A stretch of 64,000 bases of DNA, taken from NCBI GenBank assembly GCA_964016885.1, contig OZ024741.1:161138001-161202000 (forward strand), given 5' to 3'. A program made the position numbers and the translations under genes. Source of the DNA: Eledone cirrhosa. Taxonomy: Eukaryota. Shown piece after piece: positions 37,169 through 50,892 of the stretch (the stretch's first letter is position 1; every line of letters begins with the position of its first letter). The notes below the pieces were generated by a model. It had not been told where the DNA came from. It did no database searches and worked only from the letters and a program-made list of their open reading frames with translations.

Positions 37169-37989
37169 AATAGATATATATGATTTTTATCAGGCATCTA
37201 GCAGTTATATAACTGTATACTATCAGGCATCATATATAGGTTCGGTCAAACCGTCGTCTTCGGAAACAATCAGATTGTTTCAATATGATCAAGCCTCCGA
37301 AACGATTGTAAAACAATCATATGAATAGGTAAAATAACTTAACTTTGTTATTGTTTTCGTTGTTAAATTAATATCTAATACACACACATACATATATATA
37401 TATGTTTAACGGAAGGTATTAGGACGGTTATTTAGATATGTGATAATAACAATGTTGTTAGAAGAGATAACATGAATATAATATAAAGAATATTAAGAAT
37501 AAATGATTTGGTTATATATAGTTTACTTCACGTGAATCTTTTAATAAGTACATATAAAAACAGTTACCAATGGTTGTTAAAGTTGTTATCGTTTCTGATG
37601 TGAGGCTGTTGTTGTTGTTGGTGTTAAAACGGCGAGTTACAGATAATTGTTGTTGTTGTTGGAATTCGTGGTAATAGTTGTTAGACCGTGTTAGTTAGAG
37701 AGTATGGTATGTATAGCTCTGAAAGGTCTGTAGTAACTGAGAAATACCGTGAACTGCATACAGCGGTGTGGTCTGTAGTAACAGAGGTTCCAATCTCTGT
37801 AGTGTGTATCTGTAGACTTCATAGGGTCTGTTGGTAGACCAAAGGGGTCTGTTCATAGCAGTAATCCTTACATAGTTAGTTGTATATTATATCGCTTCGA
37901 TCTCTCTGTGTGGAATCGCTTGTACATGGTCTGTATATAGCTGCCACTCTTCCTGTCCCCCAACCTGAACTTGTTAACACAATAAATGT

Positions 37990-38930
37990 GGTGACCTAAA
38001 ATTTAATGAAGAGAGCATCTGTGATACTTTTACCTGGCACAAACCCAAACTGCATTTCATCTAGATAAATTTTGTCTCTAATTAGTTGTGCAATAACTCT
38101 TTCTGTGACCTTCTTGACCTGGTCAACTAACTTAATGCCTCTATAGTTTTCTTTATCTAGAGAGTCTCCTTTGCCCTTGTAGCAGTTAACGATGCTGCTG
38201 CTATGCCAGTCATTTGGTATGATCCCATGCTGTATTACTTGGTTTCCTACCATTCCAGATGCTTTCAACATCTCAGCAACTATCTCCGAAGGCCCAGCTG
38301 CCTTGCCTGTCTTCTTATCTTTGATTGCCTTACTTATACTACCATCAACTTGCACAGCTGGTCCCTCTATTGGATCGACTATCTTTATCCCATTCATTCT
38401 CCTCATTTAGTAGTCTCTTGTAGTGACACTTCCAAGCTACCTTCTTAGCAGTATCAGTGAAGGCAAGTACACCATCATCATTACAGACACACTTCTCCCC
38501 GACAGTATCACAGTTTTCCTTTGACACATTGTCTTGCAATCCTGAATACCTCACGTTTTTGGTCCTTGCATTGTAGAACATACTTGAACTTTCTATCCTC
38601 AGCTTCCCTTTTTGCAAAGTACACTTATCGCCTAGCCACCTGATAGTGTTCTCTACTTCACCCCATCCTGCCATTCTTTCCAAGCCTGCTTTTTGGCTTT
38701 GATTGTCTCCTCCACCTTACTGTTCCACCACCAAGTTACTCTCCTCTTGCTTAAAGGTCAGCTCCAGCCAGAGATTTCATCTGTCACCTTCAGCAGGTTA
38801 ACTTTCAGAAATTCCCACTATATTGTACGTCGCTAATTGCTCTCCTTACTTTCAAAAGCATCAAGTAATATGCTTTTTAATTTGTTACTGGCTGTGGGGT
38901 CCCTCAACTTCCATATTCTTCTCCTCAAGG
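37990..38930 (-). mobile_element. Decayed RTE LINE, central fragment
   Basis: GKAAGPSEIVAEMLK, YKGKGD...NYRGIKL and MQFGFVPGKSITDA. Confidence 0.85.
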
Positions 38931-39304
38931 TAGTCCTCTGTCGTAGAGTACGTCCAGTCTTGACTATGCAGAGAGAAAGGGGGTGGGGAGATGTAAGCAT
39001 ATTTGCAATGTATGAGAGAGATTCTAGAAGGGTCTATATGATTTAGCAATATCTAAAATATGTAATTCCGAGAGACAAAAGTTTGTTAGATAATAGAACA
39101 GTCTAGTACGATAAAATAAAATTGTAAGCATATTACAATGTGTGAGAGATAATAAATAATAATATAGATATATATAGAAATGGTTTCTACAGGACTAGAA
39201 CTGTTTCATTCAAAAGAAATCATCATCATCATCAATATATATATCAGGAGCGAAGGGTCCGTGCATGTATTATAGAATCTTGAATTGATCAAGTGCGTCG
39301 GTTG

Positions 39305-39545
39305 AAGCAAGCAGAATTTTGGTTGCTTACTAAAACGTATAGACACAAAAAAGATAACACACACACACACATACACACAAACACACGACAGCTTTGGGGC
39401 AAGCAGAATTTTGACTGCTTACTAAATCGTAGACACATAAAAAGATAACACACACACATACACACAAACACATGACAGCTTTGGGGCAAGCAGAATTTTG
39501 ACTGCTTACAAAACTGTAGACATAAAAAGATAACACACACACACT
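39305..39545. repeat. Minisatellite, about 3 x 80-90 bp
   Basis: gcaagcagaatttt..tgctta..gtagaca..aaaaagataa(ca)n occurs three times. Confidence 0.8.
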
Positions 39546-39653
39546 ACATGCGTCTTTGACGGAGAGGGTAATTTAGAGGGAATTGGGTGGTGGTGGTGGT
39601 GGCTGCGCAGCCTCACTTTCCGCCATGGCGATTGGACTGCATGCCCTTCGCCA

Positions 39654-39699
<46 letters not shown>

Positions 39700-39703
<4 letters not shown>

Positions 39704-39781
39704 CACCTCCCCACTCCCAAGAGCGTGAAACTAATAAACCTTTGTTCGTACTGCCTCTCTGTTTTGTTTCCGTTCCATTTT

Positions 39782-39786
<5 letters not shown>
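39700..39786 (+). mobile_element. Very short 3'-terminal fragment of the Neptune family within (TA)n
   Basis: ccccactc..agagcgtgaaa.taataaac..gtactgcctctctgttttgt matches the reverse complement of 5693-5775. Confidence 0.8.
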
Positions 39787-39841
<55 letters not shown>

Positions 39842-40027
39842 TTTATATATACATATATAAATATTCAGTTAAAACCTATATACACTTTAATATAAAATTT
39901 ACCATTTTCTTTTGTTTTGTCATTTAAAAGTTTCTTTTCTTTAGAGTTTGTTCACAATCTGGAGAAAAATATCTGTTTATATTTAATTTAGGAATCATAT
40001 GATTTTGTTTTTATTTATTGGCTGATT

Positions 40028-40226
40028 GGGTCGTTGGTGAGTGACTAGTTAGCAGGTTGGGTTGTAGGTGTAATGGCGGCTGGGTGGTGGGCTGGGTGGT
40101 TAGTATAATGACAGCTGGGTGGGTCGTTGGTGAGTGACTAGTTAGCAGGTTGGGCTGTAGGTGTAATGGCGGCTGGGTGGTGGGCTGGGTGGTTAGTATA
40201 ATGACAGCTGGGTGGGTGGTTGGTGA
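40028..40226. repeat. 93-bp tandem repeat, about 2.1 copies
   Basis: gggtcgttggtgag at 40028 and 40121. Confidence 0.85.
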
Positions 40227-40749
40227 AATAGTTGTCAAGGGGAAGTAACCCGATCTAAGTCACTCCCGAAAGTAAGTGTAAAATTACACACACATGCACA
40301 CCAGGTCCGAACACAGGGGAACCAAACTCCCACTGTCATCGCATCCGTTTCTCCCGCCCTCTCACTGTTTATAATGTTATTTACTCATTTGTAATGTTAT
40401 TTATACAACAGAGAATTATTCGGTACATCTAAAATATTCCAAATTTTCTCTGGATTGATGTCCATTGGTCAATCTCTGTATATATTCCACGGAATATGTT
40501 TCTCTTTCTTTACGTTGTTGGTTAGATATGCTTTCTATTGGTATAATCTGTTCTTTGATAATCATGGTTATATTTTTCCTGTACATCTTTTGTTGCTGAC
40601 TGTGCTTTTTCTTGGAAAACGGATTATCTAAATCACATTCTTTCTTAAATTCTACCTTTTGTACTTAAAAAAAAAACAGTTTTCACTCTTTTTCTTATCT
40701 TTGGAGGGATACCAATTCAGCATTTTCACACTCTCGTTTCAATAGTTTT

Positions 40750-43390
40750 CTAGATAATTTCTAATAGTGCCCCATAAACCTACTGTAACTTTATTCTGCC
40801 CAAAAAGTCAAGTGAGATTGGTTTCCAAGAAATTGTGGAATTGCTTTCAAAAAATTTTTGTGATAGAAGTTCATTGTTTAACAACAGAATGAAGTGTTGG
40901 AACTTAACAAAAAATGAGGAGGAGGATTTTATCACTTACACCGGAGTAGTCAACCATATGTGCGAAAATTCCAAACTCTAGGATCTCACTCGGGATATGT
41001 TCAAATCACTTATCTTCGTGCATGGAGAAAGAGAAATTCCAGCAAGGATTCTCTTGAAAATGGAGCAAGCAAACCAAGATTTATCTCTACAGACCATCGC
41101 AGAAGACTATGGTAAATCTTAAACATGATGTGAAAAAAATACAAGATAAAGACTCTGCAAAAATTCAAATGTGTCGTCCCGGGAGGCACAATAAAAAAAA
41201 AAGTGCCAGGCCCCAATCCGTGTTATGGTTGTGGAGACCTACACTATAAAAAGGATTGCCCGTTTAAATACCAAAAATGCTATAGTTGTCAGAAGCTTGG
41301 ATACAGGTGTTCTCACTGTAGAACAAGACTACGAGGCTCAAACACAAAAAGTTCTAAGGTATTTTCAGTGGAGAGTGGTGTAACAGGCGATAAATTACAT
41401 TTCTTGGGCAAAACATGCATCGACATCACATTTCGTTGTGGATAATACAATCAATTTATTTGGCACAGATTGGTTGGAACTATTCGATTTATGACACCTC
41501 CCCATAAATCTTTACTGCAATAACATAAATGGTTGTCCCGTTAAAAACAAGTCTTCGGAAGAGGTGAAGAAAAAATTGAAAAAAATATTCCTGCAAATGT
41601 TGTCAAAGGATTTAGGTCTATGTAGAAAGACGGAAGCCTATTTTCAAATAAGTGAAAATGCAGTACCTGTATTTAAAGCAAACAAAAGTACTGTTCACGG
41701 CAATTGAAACTGTAAATGAAGAATTGGACAGATTAGAAAACAGTGGAGTCAACAGACTAGAAAAGGTGGATTACTCGAAATGGGCAGCACCCACGGTATG
41801 TATTAAAAAAAAAATATATAAGATTAGGCTGTGTGCCGATCTCTCTATAGGATTGAACGACTGCACCAGCAATATTCCAGCAAATCATGGATACTATGTT
41901 ATCCGATTGTGAATTTGCAATCCCGTACTTGGACGATATTTTAATCAAGAGTAGTTCTCGTGAACAGCATGTGGAATACATAAAAGCTGTGTTTAAGAAA
42001 ATTAAAGTTTTCGAGCTCACTTTGAGTGAAGAAAAATGCGAATTCTTTTTGCCCCAAATTAAGTACTTAGGGCAAATAATTGATAAAAGTTGTAGACGTC
42101 CTGACCTGTTCAGGACAGACGCAATAAGGAATATGCCTGCGCCGACAAATATTCCAGCCTTACAAGCATTTCTTGGATTGGCAAACTATTATCAAAGCTA
42201 CATTCCTAATATGCACATTGAATGATTTATTAAAAAAAGGAGTAAAGTGGAATTGGTTCACTTTTGAAGAAATAAAAAAAAATTCTAATCTCAGACCTGT
42301 TGTTAGCTCATTACGATCCCGAAACGGACATCATTGTAGCGTCTGATGCTTCCGAATATGGATTAGGTGCAGTTCTACTTCATAAATACGAAGACAGAAG
42401 TACAAAACCAGTGGTTCGTGTGTCGCGCTCGCTAATAGTGAGAGAGAAGAGATATAGTCAAATTGAAAAGGAGGCCCTAGCAGTTATTTTTGCAGTTAAA
42501 AGATTTCACAGGTTTCTGCATGGCAGAAATTTTTTTTATTGCAAACAGACCATAGATCTTTGCTGTTGATTTATGGGTCTAAAAAATGTTTACCGACTCG
42601 TACTGTGAACCACCTGCAATGTCGGGGTGTAATATTACTAAATTATAATTTCAAAATGCATTACATTCCATCGAAAAAAATCGGTCATGCGGACTGCCTT
42701 TCGCGATTAATTCCAAAAAATATGGAACCACTAGAAGAGACTGTTATAGCCAGAATGTGAAATTAAAAGTGTTATGACGAACGTTATCCAAGAACGACCA
42801 GTGACTGCACAGGATATAAGAATGAAAGCTGTAGGTGATGAGTATATTACGAAAATGAAAGAAGCTTTAAAAAATAAACAATAAAAATTCAGATGCCAGT
42901 AGTTTTTCAATTTGCGACGATATTCTGATGTATGCCCAAAGTGGTGGTTCCAACTACATTACAAAAAGGTGTATTGCAACAATTTCACAGCGGACATCCA
43001 GGAATGGTAACGATGAAAGTACTTATGAGGAGTTATGTCTATTGGCCATCTATGGACCGAGATATTGAAAACTTGGTGAGAACGTGCTGAGGTTGCGTGC
43101 TCACGGCAAAATCTGCGCTGGTAAAATATCAATCGCGGCCAGAGACGGAGAACCCATGGTCTAGGGTATTCATTGACTATGCCGGACCAGTAAATGGTGC
43201 TTACTACCTAATCATAGAAGATAGCTGTACTAAGTGGCAGGAGGTTTGCAGTTGCTATAGACCAACCTCTAAGACAACTATAAAGTTCTTATATGAATTG
43301 TTTGCGTGATGCAGTGTCCCCAACATGCTTGTTTCAGACAACGGAACGCAGTTCTCTGGGCATGAATTCAAGAACTTCTGTAAAAGGCAT
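40750..43390 (+). pseudogene. Decayed Gypsy gag-pol (Mag/K02A2.6-like)
   Basis: Twin zinc knuckles CYGCG..H....C / CYSC...G. Motifs WAAP, YLDDIL, ASDASEYGLG, YSQIEKEALA, PWSRVFIDYAGP and SDNGTQF. Many stops. Confidence 0.88.
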
Positions 43391-43559
43391 TGAGTGTGTG
43401 GCTGGGGATCAAAAAAATTTCATTATACTGCAAAATTCGTTATAATGGTATTTGTTATAACAGAATTTTACCTGTATATATGTTGGGTTGTAGATTTATA
43501 GGTATAAAAATAACAACAAACATTCAATAATAATAAAAAATTATTGTGTACAGTGTTCA

Positions 43560-44810
43560 GGTGCACTACAACTCATCAAAGGTGTATGTATAGTACATAG
43601 AATAATGTAAAAAGTCAGGAAAGTGATACACACACATGCGTGCGTGTGTTTGGAGGGGGAATATTAGGTGTAGTGTTGGCGAATTTCGGGAAGCATGGAA
43701 GTTTTGACAGATGCAGTTTTTCTGGCAGCTAACAACTGATGCAGGTAGTTTGTTTCATGCTTCACCAACTCTGAGCGTGAAAAAATGTTTCTGAAAGTCA
43801 TGGGAGCTGTAATGTTTTTTGATTTTGTAGGCATGCCCACGTGTGTTAGACACATGGATTCAAAAAGGTACCCAGGATTGTTGTTGACAAGATGGTTAAT
43901 AATCTTGTTGGTGTCTACCTATTCTCTTCCTAGATGTCAAAGCTTTAATGTATATATGCGTTCAAAGTATGGTAGATGTCTGATGGAAGGTATTCGCTTG
44001 CTTGCACATTTCTGAACAGTTTCTAGATCAATATTCTGAACAAGAGAGGGGTTCCAAACTGGTGATGAAAATTCTAGTGTGGACGCACCATAGCTATAGA
44101 CAGCTTTAAATAGATAATTGGAGAGCAGATGACAGAGGTCTTAGTGAGTGACGTCAAGACACCTTCGGCCTTCTTGACAATTTTAGAGATGTACTTTGCG
44201 CAACGCAAATTGCTGTTGACAATAATGCTAATGTCACGTTCACACAAAGACTTCTTGAGATTGGTGTTGTGGAGGGAGTATGTGAACACTGGTTTTTTTT
44301 TCCCTCTCAAAATGCATGGTGATACATTTGTCCACAGCCAGATTGAGTTGTCAGTCCATGATCCATTGCTGCATTGTGTCCAGGTCTGATCGCAGGAAAG
44401 ATCTACAGCATACAAGATCTGTCCTTTTTATCTCAAGGTACAGTTTGATGTCATCTGCATATTTCAGCAATGTGATATTCTTCAAGTTGGCATCTGTGTC
44501 ATTAACATATGCAACAAACAAAAGGGCACCAAGAATAGATCCCTATGGTACACCAGATGTCATCTCATAGGGTGAAGAATACTGTCCTAAAACCACAACT
44601 TTTTTTCAACTGAGAATGAAGGACTTTAACAAGATCATCTCTCACACCCATTGCAGAGAGTTTTTCCATAAGTTTTTTTTTGTGTGGCACAGAATTAAAA
44701 GCTTTAGCAAAGTCAAATAAATAACATCTCACCCATGAGCTGCCATCAGTGATTCGGGTAATGTCTTCAAGAAACTTGATGAGTTGGCCACAGCAGCTGG
44801 AGTTAGGGAT
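43560..44810 (-). mobile_element. CR1-clade LINE 3' portion
   Basis: DFAKAFNSVPH, GVP.GSILG.LLF, YADDIKL, MVRPHLE and an AAT-rich tail near 43530. Confidence 0.85.
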
Positions 44811-44979
44811 TAGTTGATGTGAAGATGCCATACATGTATTACAGTTGTCTGTATTATATGTATCTTGATTGACCGGTAGTGGAGCTTGCCAAGGCCAAGG
44901 ATGCTGGAAGATTTTTATTTTATGTATAACAACACACAGCAACACATGTCCCACTGTAAGCTGAAAATACAACCAACAC

Positions 44980-45405
44980 CCTAATGTTGTAGGCTGGTGC
45001 CATGATAAAATCCATCCAGATACTTGATAAAGTTATGTTGGTGCCCCAATAAAATACTCCCAGTCTACATTGTAAAGTGGAAGTACTGGTGCCATGATAA
45101 AAAGCACCCAGTTAACCATATAAGCTGAGTATGCTGGGGCCACAATTATAAGCACCCAGTCCACATAAAGTAATAGTATCAGTGCTGTGATAAAAAGCAC
45201 CTAGTTTGCTCTGTAAAGTGGTAATGCTGGTGCTATGATAAAATTCTACCAGAAGATTCTGTAAAATGGTTGGTTGGCATTAGGTAGAACATCAAGTCAG
45301 AGAAACCATGTCAAAAATAGAGCTAGACATAGACACGGAATATGGCAATATGTCTAACCCACACAAGCATGGAAACTAGACATTAAATGGTAATGATGAT
45401 GATGA
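44980..45405 (+). repeat. Degenerate ~50-bp tandem array ending in an RTE-related short-repeat tail
   Basis: Repeated ggtgccatgataaaa.cacccagt.cac..tgtaaagtgg, then gcatggaaa..gacattaaa..(gat)n. Confidence 0.55.
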
Positions 45406-45664
45406 CACACATACAGACATAGTGAGTGACATAGACACACACACATATATATATATGTGTGTGTCTGTATGTTTATTAAACTGTATTATTTAGTCTTTCA
45501 ACAGAAGAATCATTAAAACTGGTTGGATAAACAATATTATTTCCCTCCATAGCATTGAAGCAATGACAGGAGAAAGAGAGACAATAACAATAACAATGGC
45601 ACAGACAATAACAACAACAGAAACAACAACAACAATAACAACAACAATACGTATTTTTCTGTGA

Positions 45665-47700
45665 TATATACATATGACCATGTCAACACTTCTACCTGGA
45701 GTTGCCCCCCCCCCCCCCCCCAATTACTATCAAGACACACAGCTTTGTGATATCCTCAGAGCTGCTGCCAGGAAAACAGCCACTTATGTTTTTATTGATT
45801 GGGAAACCTTTCGTTGGTTGCAAAGTACAAATGATTTCCTTGAGCTAGTGCTGGACTCGAACTGGTCCCATAAAGTCACCGCCCCAACAAGAGGTGACAA
45901 CACTTTGGATCTACTCTTTACCATTACTCCTGAAATAGTTATTAGTGTCACTACTGAGGAACCTTTAGGTGACTCTGATCATGCTATGATTATTGCCAAT
46001 CTGTCTCTTATGGGCAGTAATAAAAACTACAACCATCTCCAAATTGCTCACTTTGACTGGAATAAAACAGACTGGAACTGTTACTGCACTGAGCTACAAC
46101 GCCTAAACTGTCTTGAATTCTATGACTCTGGAGATGTGAACACTCTACTTCAGAACATCTTGAACTCAATATGGACAGCATGTGCATCATCAGTACCACG
46201 TAAGCACAAAAAAACATCCTAAAAGTGCAATTTGGGAAACTGCAGCAGTTCGACATGCCAGGAAAGAATAATACAAACTGCACAAGTCAGATATCAATAG
46301 AAAATAGCACAATAAATCATCCAACCATCTGAAGCAGGTGACAAAAAAAGCAGTGCTTGAATTTGAACAGTGCCTAGCAACCAACCCTGATAGTAAGGTG
46401 TTCTGGAAATATGTACATTCAAAGCAGAGACCTCACTCTCCAGTTAGTCCTCTTTGCAATCCCCACACAAGCCAGATTACTGACAATCCCAAAGAATGTG
46501 CAGAACTCATTGTTGAATGCTATGCATGCATTTTCATTGTTGAAGACCAAAGTGTACCATCTCCACTGCCTCTGCAATCAAATTCTATAACAACTATGGA
46601 ATTTACACCTGCAATGCTGTGATGTGACCTTAAGAACTATGCCTCTCCTGGTCTAGATGGTGTTACATACCTGCTTCTCAAACGTGGTGGGTACTTTCTT
46701 CTGCACCAGCTTTCACTATTCTTTCAATTCTGTCTTAACAATGGTGCTACTCCGGAGCAGTGGAAAACTGCCAGTGTCATTCTTCTGTTCAAAAAGGGTG
46801 ACCATACGTTGCCCGTCAACTATCGTCCAGTTAGTCTTACTAGCTGTATCTCCAAACTGATGGAATCCCGTGTCAGAGAAACACTCTGAAGCTTCTGGAA
46901 TTCTCACAGCCTTATCCGCCGCTCGCAATTTGGATTTATCACTAACTCCAGCTGCTGTGATCAACTTATCGAGTTTCTTGAAGACATCACCCAGATCACT
47001 GATGGCAGCTCATGGGTGGATGTTGTTTACCTTGACTTTGCTAAAGCTTTTAATTCTGTGCTACACAAAAGAATTATGGTAAAACTCTCTGCAATGGGTG
47101 TGAAGGATGATCTTTTTAACTGGTTAAAGTCCTTCATTCTCAGTTGAAAAGAGGAAGTCATGGTTCTAGGACAGCATTCTTCACCCTATGAGATATCATC
47201 TGGTGTACTGCAGAGATCTGTTCTTGGTCCTCTTTTGTTTGTTGCATATACTAACGACATAGACGCCAACTTAAAGAATGCCACAGTACTGAAATATGCA
47301 GTTGACATCAAGCTGTACCTTGAGATAAAAAGGACAGATCCTGAACACTATAGATCTTTCCTGCAATCAGACCTGGACACAATGCAGCAATGGGTCACGG
47401 ACTAGCAACTCAAGCTGGCTGTAGACAAGTGTACCACCATGCATTTTGGGTGGGAAAAAACCCAGTGTCCACATACTCCCTCCACAACTTTAATCTCAAG
47501 AAGTCTTCTTGTAAATGTGACCTGTCAGCAGTGATTTGCGTTAGACAAAGCACATCTCTAAAATTGTCAAGAAGGTCGAGGGTGTCTAAGCATCACTCAG
47601 CAAGACCTTTGTTGGCCGCTCTCCAGCTATCTATTTAAAGCTGTATATAGCCATGGTGTGGCCACACTTAGAATTTTCATCACCAGTCTGGAACCCCTAT
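45665..47700 (+). mobile_element. CR1-clade LINE ORF2 (APE-RT), decayed and 3'-truncated
   Basis: PTRGDNTLDLLFT, LGDSDH, KVFWKYV, NYRPVSLTSC and SGVLQRSVLGPLLF. Confidence 0.88.
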
Positions 47701-49160
47701 CATAGTGTGCTTGAGCAAAATAGTTTATCTCACATCGTTCTCATGATATAACTTTTCATTGAAACATCAAAGAAACATCCTATGCGAAGAAACCTTGTAA
47801 GAGTCCAGCTAAGCCTAGATAAGTGTAGGCTGTAAACTTCTTTCTTTTCTTCTTTTTAGTTCTGTTGTTACCTCATAAATCAGAGTTCAAATTCCACCAG
47901 TGTCAGCTTTTGCTTTTCATCTCTCTCTGTGGTTGACAGCATTAACAGCTGAAACCATGCATCATCTCAGGGTCTCAAAATCCAGTCCTTAATGATTTAG
48001 CCATGAAAGTTGACTGACCTTTTCCCAAAGTCTTCAAATCACTTTGGAAATAAATAATAATTTAGGGAGATTTAGCAATATAAGTAACCTTTTCGTTAAA
48101 TTGGTGTTTTTGACATAACCTAACAAAGGTCCTTTCATAGAATTATGATGGGAGATTTCTAGATAAATATAAGCACTTTAACTCTTTCATTGCCATATTT
48201 TTAATGAAAGATACTGCTTAAGATTTTCAAATCATTTTGAAAATAATCAACAATTTGGAGGGTTTTAGTGCCATAACTAACTTTCTCATTATTAAGCTGG
48301 TGTTTCGAACATAACTTAACAAAAGTTCTTACATAGAATTACGATGGAAGAAGTTTAGATAAATATAAATTTATATATGAATTTGAGTGACTTCCGTCCA
48401 TCTATCACGCAGTGTGTGTGTGTGTTTGAGTGAATGTATGTGTGTGTAAAAATAAGGTAGAGGATAGTGAAAAAACTATAGCAAAACAGTGCCTGGTGTT
48501 CCATTTGTTACGCTGTGTGTGAGTGTATGTGTATGTGTGGGTTTATGTAAATGTATGTGTGTTTGTGTGAATGTATGTCTGAGTGTGTATTTTTGTAAGT
48601 GTGTCTGTTTTTGCGCGTTTATATTTATATACTCATACATATAAATGTATGCATATGCACATACATACATGCACACACATATACACATACACGTCAGCGT
48701 GTTGAAAAAAATCCTAGTACTTTAAATTAAACAGTTTTGCATCATAGAACCAGAGGTAGTTTGGTATCCACAGAGTTAGATATACTGATTTTTCATAACT
48801 TACTCAAGTACGATATTGTACACCTACTTAGTGATTCTTTCATCATCACTTATACAACAAAGTTTTAACTATTGAGCTAATGATGTCTCATTCTCACCAT
48901 ATAAGTAATTCCAATTAGATTATTGATGCTCACTACATTAAATAGGTTAACACTTGACTATCACTTTTCATGTTGATGTGAAGAGTTGGCATCAGGAAGG
49001 ATATCTGCCCATAACAAAAACTACCTCAAAAAGTCTCCTCCAACCAATACTTACATGGAAAAGTGAACATAAAAATGACGATGATGCATGCATTGGGCTT
49101 ATCCAATCGACTATATCCTTTCCACCAAAATATGGCTTTGTGACTTTACATCTAATTTAA

Positions 49161-49367
49161 CCCTTTAGTGTTCAAACTGGCCAAAACCGGCCAGAATTCT
49201 CTACCTTTTTCTGTTGAAACTGGCTGTAACTGGTTACTCAAACTGATGTTAAGGTATTGTTCTCAAAATAAATACTTTCAAAATCTCATAGATTCGATAT
49301 TATGTGAGATAAAGCATTTACCATGAAAATATAATAGTATATATAAAGTAATGTGAATGCTAAAGGA
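49161..49367. mobile_element. piggyBac-like MITE
   Basis: TTAA ccctttagtgttc ... gaatgctaaagga TTAA: TIRs with a TTAA duplication. Confidence 0.65.
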
Positions 49368-49750
49368 TTAAGAGACAAATAAATTGCAGTTTTCTAATCA
49401 TATATAATGTATAGAGTTGAACTCTTTTCACTATCTGAGTTTAAATCATGTTGAGGTTAACTTTGCCTTTCATCCCTTTGAGGTTGACAAAAAAAATACC
49501 AGTCTTCTTTCTTACTCTCTCTCTCTCTCCATGTCTGAAAGAAATTGACTGTGTTCTAGCCTGGTGAGTAGGGGTGGGTTCTGCCAGGTTTAAAGTGCCC
49601 AAGACATGCTGTATATCGCGACAACATCCCTACAATTCAATCAGGAGTTACAGGTTTATACACACATACAATCACACACACACACACATATTATTTGAAA
49701 TGCACATAGTTATTGTTACTCATATCTGTCTTTTCTGTTCTTAATTGCAG

Positions 49751-50892
49751 ATACACGAGGAATATCTTTGGAAAATCTAAATAAGCTTGGCCAGCCTGAT
49801 GTGGAACGGTGCCAGGAACTTTCTCGTTTAAAGTCGAGTTCAGATGATAAGTTGTACAAAAGAAAATGCATTTTGCTCAAAATAAATAAAGAAAGTGAAG
49901 AATCCAAGATGCCTGTATCAAAAACTGAGAAGAAAAATGTCAAATTCTTTGAGCAGCTCCGGATTAATAAGATGGAAGGCAAAGCCTATGACAACTCTTT
50001 ATTTCAATATGATGAAGATTCTTTGAATTTGAAAAGTGCTGTTGACCTATGGAGGTTTGGAAAGAAAGGGCGTGATCTTGGTCACCTCGGAGATGTGACC
50101 GATATTAGGTATATCGGCGGCAATGTCTTACTTCTCACTGACATGTTCAATAATCGACTTCAAACCTTAGATACAAGTGGCAAGTTGTTGAATACTTGTG
50201 ACCTAGAGAATACCTATCCAGTTTGTGCCACTATAACTAAAGATCGGCAAGTGGTGCTGACTAGTCATGTCCAGAAATGTATTGTGCTTCTATCAAAAGA
50301 AGGTGCAGTTATGAATATGTATGGGCAGGGTTCTTTCACATCTCCATTTGGTATTTCGGAAGATCCTCTTAGTGGAAATTTTGCTGTGACAGATCAACAA
50401 AACAATTCTTTGACACTTCTAGATAAACAATTCAACATCATTCTTGAAATAACTCCTACAGATGCTAAAAACAGTTGTTCTTTTCGCTATCCCAGACACG
50501 TTACATTTTCTCCAAATGGACTAATCTTTGTTGCCGACTCAGGTAATCATTCTCTAAAGGCATTTGACAAAAATGGAATTCTTGTCACAAATATAGGTAC
50601 TTATGGACGTGACTCTGGATTTCTTCGTTCACCATATGGCGTTTGTATTGACCATTCTGGGAATGTTTTAATTGCTGATCATTACAATGATCGTATATCT
50701 TGTTTTGACCAACGAGGTCAGTGGATTCAAGATACTGTTTGCAGCTATCATAGACTACGACATCCACAAGGCATAGCCTTAACCTCAGACAATAAGTTAT
50801 GTGTATCACATGGTGAACTCAAGGCCACTGAAATTGCTTTCTTTGATATAGCTAAAATAAATGGCAATGAGATCACTCATACACACATGTAA
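49751..50892 (+). CDS. Terminal coding exon of an NHL-repeat beta-propeller protein (similar to the TRIM2/3/71 C-terminal domain)
   Basis: Polypyrimidine acceptor ..ttgcag| at 49750 and an uninterrupted frame. About six NHL blades (FTSPFGI, FRYPRHVTFSPNGLIFVADSGNH, LRSPYGVCID..GNVLIADHYNDRI, HPQGIAL). TAA at 50890-50892 and AATAAA at 50921. Confidence 0.9.

Noticed and set aside
37255-37320. GAAAC gatt GTA hammerhead-like 3' half
   Set aside because: No recognisable CTGANGA core upstream.
39305-39545. Repeat-spacer appearance suggesting CRISPR
   Set aside because: Whole units repeat with no unique spacers, the context is eukaryotic, and there are no cas genes.
44980-45300. Regularly spaced short repeats
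   Set aside because: Degenerate minisatellite of an RTE-associated repeat also seen at ~12960-13075 and ~14020-14100.
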